From contig DATAOK010000050.1 of assembly GCA_036265735.1 (NCBI GenBank), positions 3,968 to 67,967 of the forward strand: a stretch of DNA of 64,000 bases. Direction: 5' to 3'. Under the pieces are notes generated by a model. It was not told the DNA's origin and did not search any database. It saw nothing but the letters and a program-made list of their open reading frames with translations. Positions within the stretch are counted from its first letter, which is position 1; every line of letters begins with the position of its first letter. The position numbers and the translations under genes were made by a program. The DNA is from Gaiellaceae bacterium (GTDB lineage: Bacteria > Actinomycetota > Thermoleophilia > Gaiellales > Gaiellaceae). This document shows, one piece after another, positions 24,967 through 32,832 of this stretch.

Positions 24967-25338
24967 TCAGTTCGGGACTGCGTAGACGGTGCCGTGGCCG
25001 GCCAGCCGGTCGCCGACGAGGATCGTGTAGGAGTAGAAGCCTCCGCCGGCGAGCTTCACACGGAAGCGGTAGAGCCCGCTGCCGAGCTCCTGCGCCGGGA
25101 CGCGCTCGGTCCCGCGCGGCCCGGTCAGGGTCACGAACGCGCGGTAGCCGTCAAGCGGCCTGCCGCGGCGCGTCACCTTGACCACTGCGGTCCACGGCTT
25201 GGTCGCGGCCGTGACGAGCGGTGCTTCCGTCTGGAAGTGCGGGCGGTCGGTCCATGCGCCGAGGGCCGCCACGCACGCAACGATGACGACGAGAAGGGGG
25301 ATAGTCCGGAGCCGCATTCCGACCATTCCTTTCTCCAT
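24967..25338 (-). CDS. small secreted protein (Ig-like/FixH-YtkA-like guess)
   Basis: C-terminal part of track ORF 24967..25878. Candidate starts are 25338, 25326 or 25317. Signal peptide MRLRTIPLLVVIVACVAALGA. Confidence 0.5.
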   Translation of the reverse strand: MEKGMVGMRLRTIPLLVVIVACVAALGAWTDRPHFQTEAPLVTAATKPWTAVVKVTRRGRPLDGYRAFVTLTGPRGTERVPAQELGSGLYRFRVKLAGGGFYSYTILVGDRLAGHGTVYAVPN

Positions 25339-25394
25339 GGAACGACGGGGCGCGCGGATTTGTTGCCGCGAGGCCGCAGAATCACTCGAACGAG

Positions 25395-26000
25395 TTAGAC
25401 GGTCGGCGTCGTCGCGTCGGGCGCGTGCACGCCCTCGACCGGCAGGCCTGTGGCGACTGGCTTTCGCGAGAAGAAGCGCCGCCGAATCTGGAGCGCACCC
25501 ATCACGAGCGCGGACGCGAGCGCGACGCCGATCGTCCAGTGCTGGAGGCTGAGCGACGTCGAACGCGCCTGCGCCTCCCACTGCCCGGGGTCGTAACGGT
25601 TCGAGCCTGCATACGCGGTCCCCGCGGGAATGAGGTCGACGCCGTTCGGATAGCGCGCACTGTGATGCGCCTCCCACGTCGACGTCTTGTGCACCGTCGC
25701 CATCGCGATCACGATCGCGGCGATGCACGACACGTAGAACCCGAACGGGATACGCATCGCGAGCAGCCCGATCACGACGAGCACGAGCGGCGGTACGAAC
25801 CCCCAGAGCCAGATGTGCGTGATGTTCGACGTCGTCGGGTCGTGCCACGTCGCGACGACGTGGCCGCCGCGCTGCCACTCGATCTTGTGCGGCTTCTCGA
25901 GCGCCAGGGTTGCGGCCATCAGCGACGAGAAGAAGAGGGGGATCGCGATGAACGCAGCGATCGAGAGCGGCGCGCGCGGGCGGCCGCGGAAGAACCTCAC
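25395..26000 (-). CDS. hypothetical 4-TM membrane protein
   Basis: 201 aa. Its start overlaps the upstream ABC ATPase stop by 4 nt. No family recognised. Confidence 0.55.
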   Translation of the reverse strand: MRFFRGRPRAPLSIAAFIAIPLFFSSLMAATLALEKPHKIEWQRGGHVVATWHDPTTSNITHIWLWGFVPPLVLVVIGLLAMRIPFGFYVSCIAAIVIAMATVHKTSTWEAHHSARYPNGVDLIPAGTAYAGSNRYDPGQWEAQARSTSLSLQHWTIGVALASALVMGALQIRRRFFSRKPVATGLPVEGVHAPDATTPTV

Positions 26001-26773
26001 TGCATCCTCCCGCCGGCTAGTACCCGGGAGAGGAACTCGCGCGTCCGCGCCTCGCGGGGATCGCTGAAGATCTGTTCCGGTTGACCCTCCTCGAGGATGC
26101 GGCCGCCGTCGAGGAAGCAGACCTTGTCCGAGACCTCGCGCGCGAACGCCATCTCGTGTGTCGCGACGATCATCGTCATGCCGCTGTCCGCGAGCTCGCG
26201 CACGAGCGCAAGCACCTCCGAGACGAGCTGCGGATCGAGCGCGCTCGTGATCTCGTCGAGCAGCATGAGCTTCGGCTGCATCGCGAGCGCGCGCACGATC
26301 GCGACGCGCTGCTGCTGGCCACCGCTCAGGCGGTCGGGATACTCCTCGGCCTTTGCCTCAAGTCCGATACGCGAGAGGAGCGTGCGCGCGGCCCATTCGG
26401 CTTCGTCGCGGGGCACGCGTCGTGCCTTGCGCGGCGCGAGCATGACGTTCTGCAGCACGGTCATGTGCGGGAAGAGGTTGTACGCCTGGAAGACGATGCC
26501 GATCTTCCGGCGAACCTCGTTGACGTCGACCTTGTCCTTCGTCAGGCACTGGCCGTCGACCGTGATCGTGCCTTCCTCGACGCGCTCGAGCATGTTGATG
26601 CAGCGGAGCAGCGTCGACTTGCCGGAGCCGGACGCGCCGATCAGGCAGACGACACCGTGCTCGGGGACCTGCAGCGTGACGCGGTCGAGCACCTGGAGCT
26701 CGCCGAACCACTTGCAGACGTTGTCGACGTCGACGAAAGGCCTTGCGCCGTTGCCGTTTCCGTGGGTGCTCAA
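25997..26773 (-). CDS. amino-acid ABC transporter ATP-binding protein (GlnQ-like)
   Basis: [44 protein letters not shown]. Confidence 0.9.
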   Translation of the reverse strand: MSTHGNGNGARPFVDVDNVCKWFGELQVLDRVTLQVPEHGVVCLIGASGSGKSTLLRCINMLERVEEGTITVDGQCLTKDKVDVNEVRRKIGIVFQAYNLFPHMTVLQNVMLAPRKARRVPRDEAEWAARTLLSRIGLEAKAEEYPDRLSGGQQQRVAIVRALAMQPKLMLLDEITSALDPQLVSEVLALVRELADSGMTMIVATHEMAFAREVSDKVCFLDGGRILEEGQPEQIFSDPREARTREFLSRVLAGGRMQ

Positions 26774-27486
26774 AATGCCTGTGCGCGCTCGCGGCGCTCG
26801 CGCTGTGAGACGAGATAGTCGGTGAAGCGCGCGAGTGGGATCGTCAGCAGGATGAAGAACACCGCGGCGACAAGCAGTGACGGGAAGTCGCCGTTGTTGT
26901 TCGAGAACTGCTGTGCGAGCGACGCCGCCTCCGTGACGCCGATCACCGAGACGATCGCCGTGTCCTTCTGCAGGCCGACGAAGTCGTTCAGAAGCGGCGG
27001 AATGACGCGTCGCACAGCCTGCGGGACGATGACGTACCGCATCGTCTGCCAGTAGGAGAGGCCGAGCGAGCGCGCCGCCGCCCGCTGGCTCGCGTGCACA
27101 GACTCGATGCCCGCGCGATACACCTCGGTGACGTACGCCGAGTACACGAGTGTCAGCGTGATGACGCCGTAGGTCGTGAACGATTGATTGGAGATGTAGC
27201 CGAGCTGCAGGCCCGGGAGCCCGAACCCGATGAAGTACGCGACGATGATGATCGGCGTGCCGCGGAAGAAATCGGTGTACGCGATCGCCAGAGCCCGGAG
27301 CGGTCTCGCTCCGGGCCCCGGCAGACCGCGAACAAGTGCGATCCCGAGCGCGAGCACCAGTACGAGCACCTCTGCAACCACCATCATCTTCAGGTTCAGC
27401 TGGAAGCCGGCCCAGACGTCGGGCATCGCCAGCGTGAAGCTGTGAAGGTTGAAGAAGGCGTGGAGTACGTGGCGCAGCGCGTGCAT
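26770..27486 (-). CDS. amino-acid ABC transporter permease (HisM/GlnP-like)
   Basis: 238 aa. EAA-type loop ...[30 protein letters not shown]. Confidence 0.9.
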   Translation of the reverse strand: MHALRHVLHAFFNLHSFTLAMPDVWAGFQLNLKMMVVAEVLVLVLALGIALVRGLPGPGARPLRALAIAYTDFFRGTPIIIVAYFIGFGLPGLQLGYISNQSFTTYGVITLTLVYSAYVTEVYRAGIESVHASQRAAARSLGLSYWQTMRYVIVPQAVRRVIPPLLNDFVGLQKDTAIVSVIGVTEAASLAQQFSNNNGDFPSLLVAAVFFILLTIPLARFTDYLVSQRERRERAQAF

Positions 27487-27493
27487 CGAGTGC

Positions 27494-28291
27494 TTACTTC
27501 AGGGTCGGGATCTTGGCGAAGTTGAGGTTGAACCACTTCTTCTGGAGCTTGCCGACGGTGCCGTCCTCGATCAGTCCCGTGAGCGTTTTGTTCACGATCG
27601 ACAGCAGCTTCGAGCCTTTCTGGAGCACGGCGCCGTACTGCTCGTGCGTGTTGATCTGACCTGCCACCGGACCGAACTTCGACGGGTTCTGCTTCTTCTC
27701 GAGCGAGACCAGCGGCACGTCGAGGATCAGCGCCTGGCAGCGGTTGATCTGCACGGCCTGGTACGCAGCCGCGGTGCCCGGGAAGGTCAGCGGCTGCTTC
27801 GCCGGATGCAGTGTCGTCTTGATCCAGTCGAGACCGGTCGTGTTCGTCTGCGCGCACGTCTGGAGCTTGCGCAGGTCGGCGAGGCTCTTGGGCGGTGTCG
27901 TCTGCTTCGAGATGAGCACGCCCTGGTTCGCGTTCAGGTATGACGACGTGAAGTCCACCGTGTGCTTGCGCTGCGCGGTGATCGTCGCCTCCTGGAACGA
28001 GATGTCGAACTTCTTCGTGCCGGGCGCGAACAGCGAGTTCCACGGCGAGTACATCCACTGCGGCTTGAGCCCGAGCTTCGTGGCGATCGCCGATGCGAGA
28101 TCGACCTCATAGCCACGCGGGTTCGTCACGGTGTTGCCGCGGACGGTGCCCTGTGCGAACCCAGGCGCGGGGTCGCCAAAGGCGACGATCAGGGTGCCTG
28201 CCTTGATCGTCGGGACGGCCGACTTGCCGGCCGACGCTGCCGGCACGGCGACAAGTGCCGCGACCGCGAGCAGCGGGAGAAAACGCTTCAC
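27494..28291 (-). CDS. amino-acid ABC transporter substrate-binding protein (family 3)
   Basis: GTG start at 28291 after GGAGGG, signal peptide VKRFLPLLAVAALVAVPAASA. The remainder of the 818-aa track ORF is read-through artefact. Confidence 0.85.
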   Translation of the reverse strand: MKRFLPLLAVAALVAVPAASAGKSAVPTIKAGTLIVAFGDPAPGFAQGTVRGNTVTNPRGYEVDLASAIATKLGLKPQWMYSPWNSLFAPGTKKFDISFQEATITAQRKHTVDFTSSYLNANQGVLISKQTTPPKSLADLRKLQTCAQTNTTGLDWIKTTLHPAKQPLTFPGTAAAYQAVQINRCQALILDVPLVSLEKKQNPSKFGPVAGQINTHEQYGAVLQKGSKLLSIVNKTLTGLIEDGTVGKLQKKWFNLNFAKIPTLK

Positions 28292-28329
28292 GGGAGCCCT
28301 CCTGTGAGTTGATGCTAGAGCGGAAAAAT

Positions 28330-29301
28330 CTACCGCGGTCCAGGCAAAGCTGATAGCGCGTCCCGCGTTAAGGCCTGGAAATGCCCGATCAGCTGCTCGC
28401 TCCGGCCCATGAGGTAGCCGTGCTCGAGCCCGCCCGAGGCGATGCCGCGGTGGACGCCCTCGACGAGCACGCGGTCCTCGCGGCCGACCTGGTCGTCGAA
28501 CTCCATCAGCTCGTCGATCCACGCCTGGTCGACGCTGCTCCCGAAGAAGTAGTCGAGGAAGCGGTAGGTGCGGTCGGGGGAGACCGGGACCATCGGCCCG
28601 ATCGAGATGTTCGGCCGCCCCGGGAAGATGTTGACGCCGAGGTTCGGCCAGAGGAAATGGAACTGGCTCCGGGGTAGCTCGCCGTCGAGATGCATTCGTG
28701 TCCGCGCGGTCTCGCGTGTCGGCCCGTTCTGGCTCGACAGCCGGCCGTCGGTCGAGAGCGCGTATGCGTCGACCGAGACGTCGAGCATCTCTGCGAGCTG
28801 CGGGTGCGCGACGGAGCAGTGGTAGCACTCGAGGAAGTTCTCGCACGCGATCTTCCAGTTGGCCTCGAGCTCCGTCTCCCAGCGCGAATAGAAGACGAGG
28901 TCGTCGATGTCGAGGCCCAGCTCGGCGACCTGCGCGGGCATCGACCCGAGCGCCGTCTCGAGCGGCTCGGGGTCGGTGGCCATGTTCACGAACACGAACG
29001 GCCCCCATGTGCCGAGCGCGACCTGCCGCAGGCCGAGCTTGCAGCGGTCGAAGTCCTCGAGCTCCTCCGAGCGTGGAGCAGCTCGGAGCGCGCCGTCGAG
29101 CCCGTACGTCCACGCGTGGTACGGGCACTGCAACGTCTCTCGTGTCCCGGAGCCCTCCGCGAGGGGGAAGCCGCGATGCCGGCACACGTTGAGGAACGCT
29201 CGTAGCTCGCCGTCGCGGGCGTGCGTGATCACGATCGGCATGCGGCCCGAATGTGCGGTGAAGAACGTCCCCGGCTCCGGCGCCTGCCCCGTGTGCCCCA
29301 C
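28330..29301 (-). CDS. Rieske [2Fe-2S] ring-hydroxylating oxygenase alpha-subunit family protein
   Basis: Rieske motif CRHRG...CPYHAW and mononuclear iron motif ENFLECYHCSVAHP. The first canonical start is GTG 29301, but conserved N-terminal sequence continues in frame up to 29400 (see findings). Confidence 0.85.
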   Translation of the reverse strand: MGHTGQAPEPGTFFTAHSGRMPIVITHARDGELRAFLNVCRHRGFPLAEGSGTRETLQCPYHAWTYGLDGALRAAPRSEELEDFDRCKLGLRQVALGTWGPFVFVNMATDPEPLETALGSMPAQVAELGLDIDDLVFYSRWETELEANWKIACENFLECYHCSVAHPQLAEMLDVSVDAYALSTDGRLSSQNGPTRETARTRMHLDGELPRSQFHFLWPNLGVNIFPGRPNISIGPMVPVSPDRTYRFLDYFFGSSVDQAWIDELMEFDDQVGREDRVLVEGVHRGIASGGLEHGYLMGRSEQLIGHFQALTRDALSALPGPR

Positions 29302-29413
29302 GTACTGCCAGGCGGAGCCGAAGATCAGCTCCTGTTCCTGCCGCAGGATCTCGGGATCCGTGTACCAGCGATAAGGAAGCGTGCGCTCGATTGACTGAAT
29401 CTACCCGCGTACC

Positions 29414-30397
29414 ATGCGCCGGGTGAACAGAGCGCGCCGCATCTTCGAGTTCTTCAAAGCTCACCCTCGAGTCCTGATCGCGACGCAGCTGCTCATCCTC
29501 GCAGTGTTCTTCGTGTCGATCGGCCTCGCGCTCCGGGGGTCGTTCAAGGATGCGGGCGACGACCTTCGGAACGCGGACCCGATCTATTTCCTCCTCGGCT
29601 GCGGTGCGCTTGCCGCCTACTACCTCGTCTTCGTCTTCGGCTGGATTCGGATCCTTGCCGACTGGAAGATCCAGATCTCGTATCCGCAGGCGCTGCGCGC
29701 GGAGATGGTGTCGATGCTCGCGAAATACGTGCCCGGCGGCGTCTGGACGCCCGCCGCGCGCGTCGTCGCCGCGCGGCGCGCCGGGATCAACGACGCCGCG
29801 CTCGTGACGGTTTCCATTCTTGTCGAGGCCGGGATCTCGGCGGTCGCCGGCGTCATCGTCTTCGTCGTCTCGCTCGCGTGGGTGCGCGGCGTCAATGCGC
29901 CCCTCGCGCCGCTGATCGCGTTCGCGGTGATCGTGTCGGCGCTCTTGCACCCGCGGATCTTCTGCCCGCTCGCGTCACGCGTCCTGCGCAAGCTCGGGCA
30001 CGGCGCGCTGCCGCCGCTGCGCGTCGCGACCATGGCGTTTCTGCTCGCGTTCTATTCCTTCACGTGGGTGATCGGCGGCTCGGCGCTGTGGCTGCTGCTC
30101 CACGCGGTCGGCGGGCATCCGAGTGTCGGCTCGATCGTTTTCCTCGGCGGCGTCGCGGCCGTCGGTGCGATCGTCGCGGTGCTGGCGGTCTTCGCGCCGT
30201 CAGGTATCGGTGTGCGCGAGGCGTCGATGTACGGGCTGATGCTGGCGATCGCCTCGGAAGGCACCGCGGTCGCCGCGAACGTCCTGAACCGCGTCGCGAT
30301 CACGATCGTCGAGATCCTGCTGCTCGTCGTCGGCGGGCTGATCCTCCGCCGCACCGACGACGAGGGCGAGCCGACCGCACAGCCGAGCGAAGGCTAG
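29414..30397 (+). CDS. flippase-like/lysyl-phosphatidylglycerol-synthase TM-region family membrane protein (UPF0104)
   Basis: 327 aa, about 8 TM. ...MVSMLAKYVPGGVWTPAARV... is typical of the family. Confidence 0.75.
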   Translation: MRRVNRARRIFEFFKAHPRVLIATQLLILAVFFVSIGLALRGSFKDAGDDLRNADPIYFLLGCGALAAYYLVFVFGWIRILADWKIQISYPQALRAEMVSMLAKYVPGGVWTPAARVVAARRAGINDAALVTVSILVEAGISAVAGVIVFVVSLAWVRGVNAPLAPLIAFAVIVSALLHPRIFCPLASRVLRKLGHGALPPLRVATMAFLLAFYSFTWVIGGSALWLLLHAVGGHPSVGSIVFLGGVAAVGAIVAVLAVFAPSGIGVREASMYGLMLAIASEGTAVAANVLNRVAITIVEILLLVVGGLILRRTDDEGEPTAQPSEG

Positions 30398-30418
30398 GGC
30401 GCCGAAGCGGCGCCCTAG
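30394..30418. terminator. bidirectional hairpin CTAGGGCGCCG-AAG-CGGCGCCCTAG containing both convergent stop codons
   Basis: Seen directly. TAG 30395..30397 is the plus-strand gene stop, and CTA 30415..30417 is the minus-strand gene stop. Confidence 0.55.
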
Positions 30419-31929
30419 GCAGGCGCTTTATCGCCCAGTTGTTTTGCCCACCAGCCCTTGTCGTCCGGGGTGAGCTCTCGCCCCTGCGCCTGCAGGTTGC
30501 CGACGTAGACGGCCAGGTCGCGCTCCCTCCGTTCGAGCCGGGCTTCGAGGTCTGCGAGCTCCTGCTCTCTCTTCTCGAGCTTGTCGAGCCGGATGTCGAC
30601 ATCGGCTTCGATCTGCGCCTCTCGGAGCATCACCGCTTGCTCGCGCTCCTCGATCTCCTTGAGGCGGGAGTTCATGCTCGTCTCGATCTTGTCGACGCGA
30701 GTACGGCGTTTCTCGACGTGCTCGTGATTCGACGCAGCGAGCTGCTCGCTCGCGGTGAGCTCGGCCTCGCGCTTGACGACCTCGCGCTCGCGCGCGTCGA
30801 GCAAGGCAGCCTTCTGCTCGACCTCGACGAGACGCGCGCGGTCCTCATTGGCTCGGATCGCGTTCGACTCCTCGCGGTGCAGCTCTGCTTCCTTCGCGGC
30901 GAGCTCGAGCTCGCGCGCATCAAGGTCACGCATGCGTGCGACGAGATGCTCCTCCGCCTCGCCGCGGCCGGCCATCGACTCGCGGAGCTTCTGCTCCTCG
31001 TCCCGGACCCGCTGCGCTTCTGCGCGTAGACGTGACTCTTCCTTGGCGAGCCTTGCCTCGGCCTCTGCGAGCGCACGCTCGGCCGCCGCGGTTTTGCCCT
31101 CGACCTTGGCCAGCTCCTTGTCGCGGCCCGAGAGCCGCTTTTCGCGCTCGTTCACCTCGCGCTCGCGGGCGCGGGCGGCCTGATCGCGGGCCTCGATCGC
31201 CTGCTCGCGCGCCGTCAGCCGCTGGGCGGAGTCGCGCTCACGGTCGCTGAGCTGGGCCTCGGCGCGCTCCAGCCGCGCCTGCCGCTCGTGCAGCTCGCGC
31301 TCGCGCTTCTCCTGCTTGGCCGACAGTCCGCCGGCCTCGCGCTGGAGCCGCTCGTTCGCGTCCGCGTGCTCGCGGGCAGCCGCCTCGGCCTGCGCCTTCG
31401 CAGCCTCGAGCTCCTGGCGCTGCCGGTCGGCGTCGCGGTGGCTCTGCTGCGCCGCCCGCTCGGCCTGCTCGAGCTGCGCACGCATCGTGTCGAGCTCGCG
31501 CCGCGTCGTCTCCGCGGCCCTCGAACGCTCGGCGAGGTCGCGCTCCTGCTCGACCAGCCTGCGCTCACGTTCGTCGAGCGCGTCGCCCGCGGCGGAGATC
31601 TGACCGGCCTTCTGGATCAGCTCTGCCTCGCGCTCGGCGACATCGTGCTGATGGCTCACCGTGCCCTTCTCGGCGCTCATGAGCGACTTGCGCAATTCGC
31701 CTTCGCGTGCGAGCGCGGAGTTCAGCTCCGCCCGCAGCGCCTCGATCTCGGCGGCCTGCGCGCCGTCGTCCGGCAGGATGCCGGCGGCTCGCTCGACACG
31801 CGTCTCGACGGTGACGACTGCAATCGGCTCGCTTGCCGTCAGCTCGGCTGTCGCCGACGTGCCGTCGGACTTCTTGCGCTCGAGCTGAGCGCGCAGTCCG
31901 GTTCCGAAACCCTTCTCAGTTTCGCTCAT
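30415..31929 (-). CDS. 504-aa Glu/Arg/Ala-rich coiled-coil protein, last gene of the tad operon
   Basis: ATGA overlap with the tadC stop. About 400 aa of uninterrupted heptad-like ERE/AEA sequence. Short non-repetitive ends (MSETEKGFGTGLRAQL... and ...GWWAKQLGDKAPA). Confidence 0.75.
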   Translation of the reverse strand: MSETEKGFGTGLRAQLERKKSDGTSATAELTASEPIAVVTVETRVERAAGILPDDGAQAAEIEALRAELNSALAREGELRKSLMSAEKGTVSHQHDVAEREAELIQKAGQISAAGDALDERERRLVEQERDLAERSRAAETTRRELDTMRAQLEQAERAAQQSHRDADRQRQELEAAKAQAEAAAREHADANERLQREAGGLSAKQEKRERELHERQARLERAEAQLSDRERDSAQRLTAREQAIEARDQAARAREREVNEREKRLSGRDKELAKVEGKTAAAERALAEAEARLAKEESRLRAEAQRVRDEEQKLRESMAGRGEAEEHLVARMRDLDARELELAAKEAELHREESNAIRANEDRARLVEVEQKAALLDAREREVVKREAELTASEQLAASNHEHVEKRRTRVDKIETSMNSRLKEIEEREQAVMLREAQIEADVDIRLDKLEKREQELADLEARLERRERDLAVYVGNLQAQGRELTPDDKGWWAKQLGDKAPA

Positions 31930-32825
31930 GACTTGAAGATGGTCAGGAAGTTGAGGATCGCCGGCCCAAGCACGACGATGAACATCGACGGGAAGATGAA
32001 GAGCACCGTCGGGAACAGCATCTTGATCGGCGCCTTCATCGCCCGCTCTTCCGCCGCAGCCTGACGGCGAAGGCGTGTGTCCGCGGCCTGCACGCGCAGG
32101 ATCCGCCCGAGCGAGATGCCGAGCTGGTCGGCCTGGATGATCGAGCGCACAAACGACGAAAGCTCCGGTGCACCGACGCGCTGCTCCATCTTCTTCAGCG
32201 CGTCCGACCGGCCTTCGCCGACGCGGATCTCGCCGAGCATGAGCGCGAACTCCTTCGAGAGCGGCCCCTCCATGTGCTCGGTGATCTTCGTGATCGACGC
32301 GTCGAAGCCGAGACCGGCCTCGACCGAGACTGCAAGCAGATCGAGCGCATCCGGCAGCGCCGCGCGGATCGTCTCGCGCCGCGCCTTCGCGCGTGCCGAG
32401 ACGATGTACTCGGGGACGACCCAGCCGCCGACGGCGAACGCGATGGCGAACAGGAACGCGATGCCCGCGCCGCCGAGCCCTCCGAGGATGAAGCCGAAGA
32501 GCAGACCGCCGAGTGCGGCCGAGCCCTTGATCGAGAGGAACGTCTGCGGCGAGAGCGTCATGCCCGCGGTGATCAGCTTCAGCGACACCGCCTCGACCGA
32601 CGTCTTCGGGGACAGACGAAGCACGGCGTTCGCGATCCGTCCTGACATCGGGGCGACGACACGCTCGCCGAACGTACGCGTGTCGCCTTTCTTCAGGACG
32701 ATCTTGCCGTAGGTGGATGCACGGCCGACCGCGGCACGCCGGAGGCGGGCCGGGCCTGTCGCGACCTCGGCGACGAGGAACCCTGCGCCGACGAGGCAGC
32801 CCAGAGCGAGTACGAGCAGGATCAC
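31926..32825 (-). CDS. tadC: Flp pilus assembly platform protein TadC (T2SS-F family)
   Basis: 299 aa, T2SSF-type topology and sequence (...ALPDALDLLAVSVEAGLGFDASI...), in tad gene context. Confidence 0.85.
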   Translation of the reverse strand: MILLVLALGCLVGAGFLVAEVATGPARLRRAAVGRASTYGKIVLKKGDTRTFGERVVAPMSGRIANAVLRLSPKTSVEAVSLKLITAGMTLSPQTFLSIKGSAALGGLLFGFILGGLGGAGIAFLFAIAFAVGGWVVPEYIVSARAKARRETIRAALPDALDLLAVSVEAGLGFDASITKITEHMEGPLSKEFALMLGEIRVGEGRSDALKKMEQRVGAPELSSFVRSIIQADQLGISLGRILRVQAADTRLRRQAAAEERAMKAPIKMLFPTVLFIFPSMFIVVLGPAILNFLTIFKS

Positions 32826-32832
32826 GTCTGCA

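Noticed and set aside
28292-29950. N-terminal 550 aa of the 818-aa minus-strand track ORF 27494..29950
   Set aside because: Only the last 266 codons, from GTG 28291 with SD and signal peptide, form the substrate-binding protein. The upstream part overlaps the Rieske gene and the flippase-like gene in other frames.
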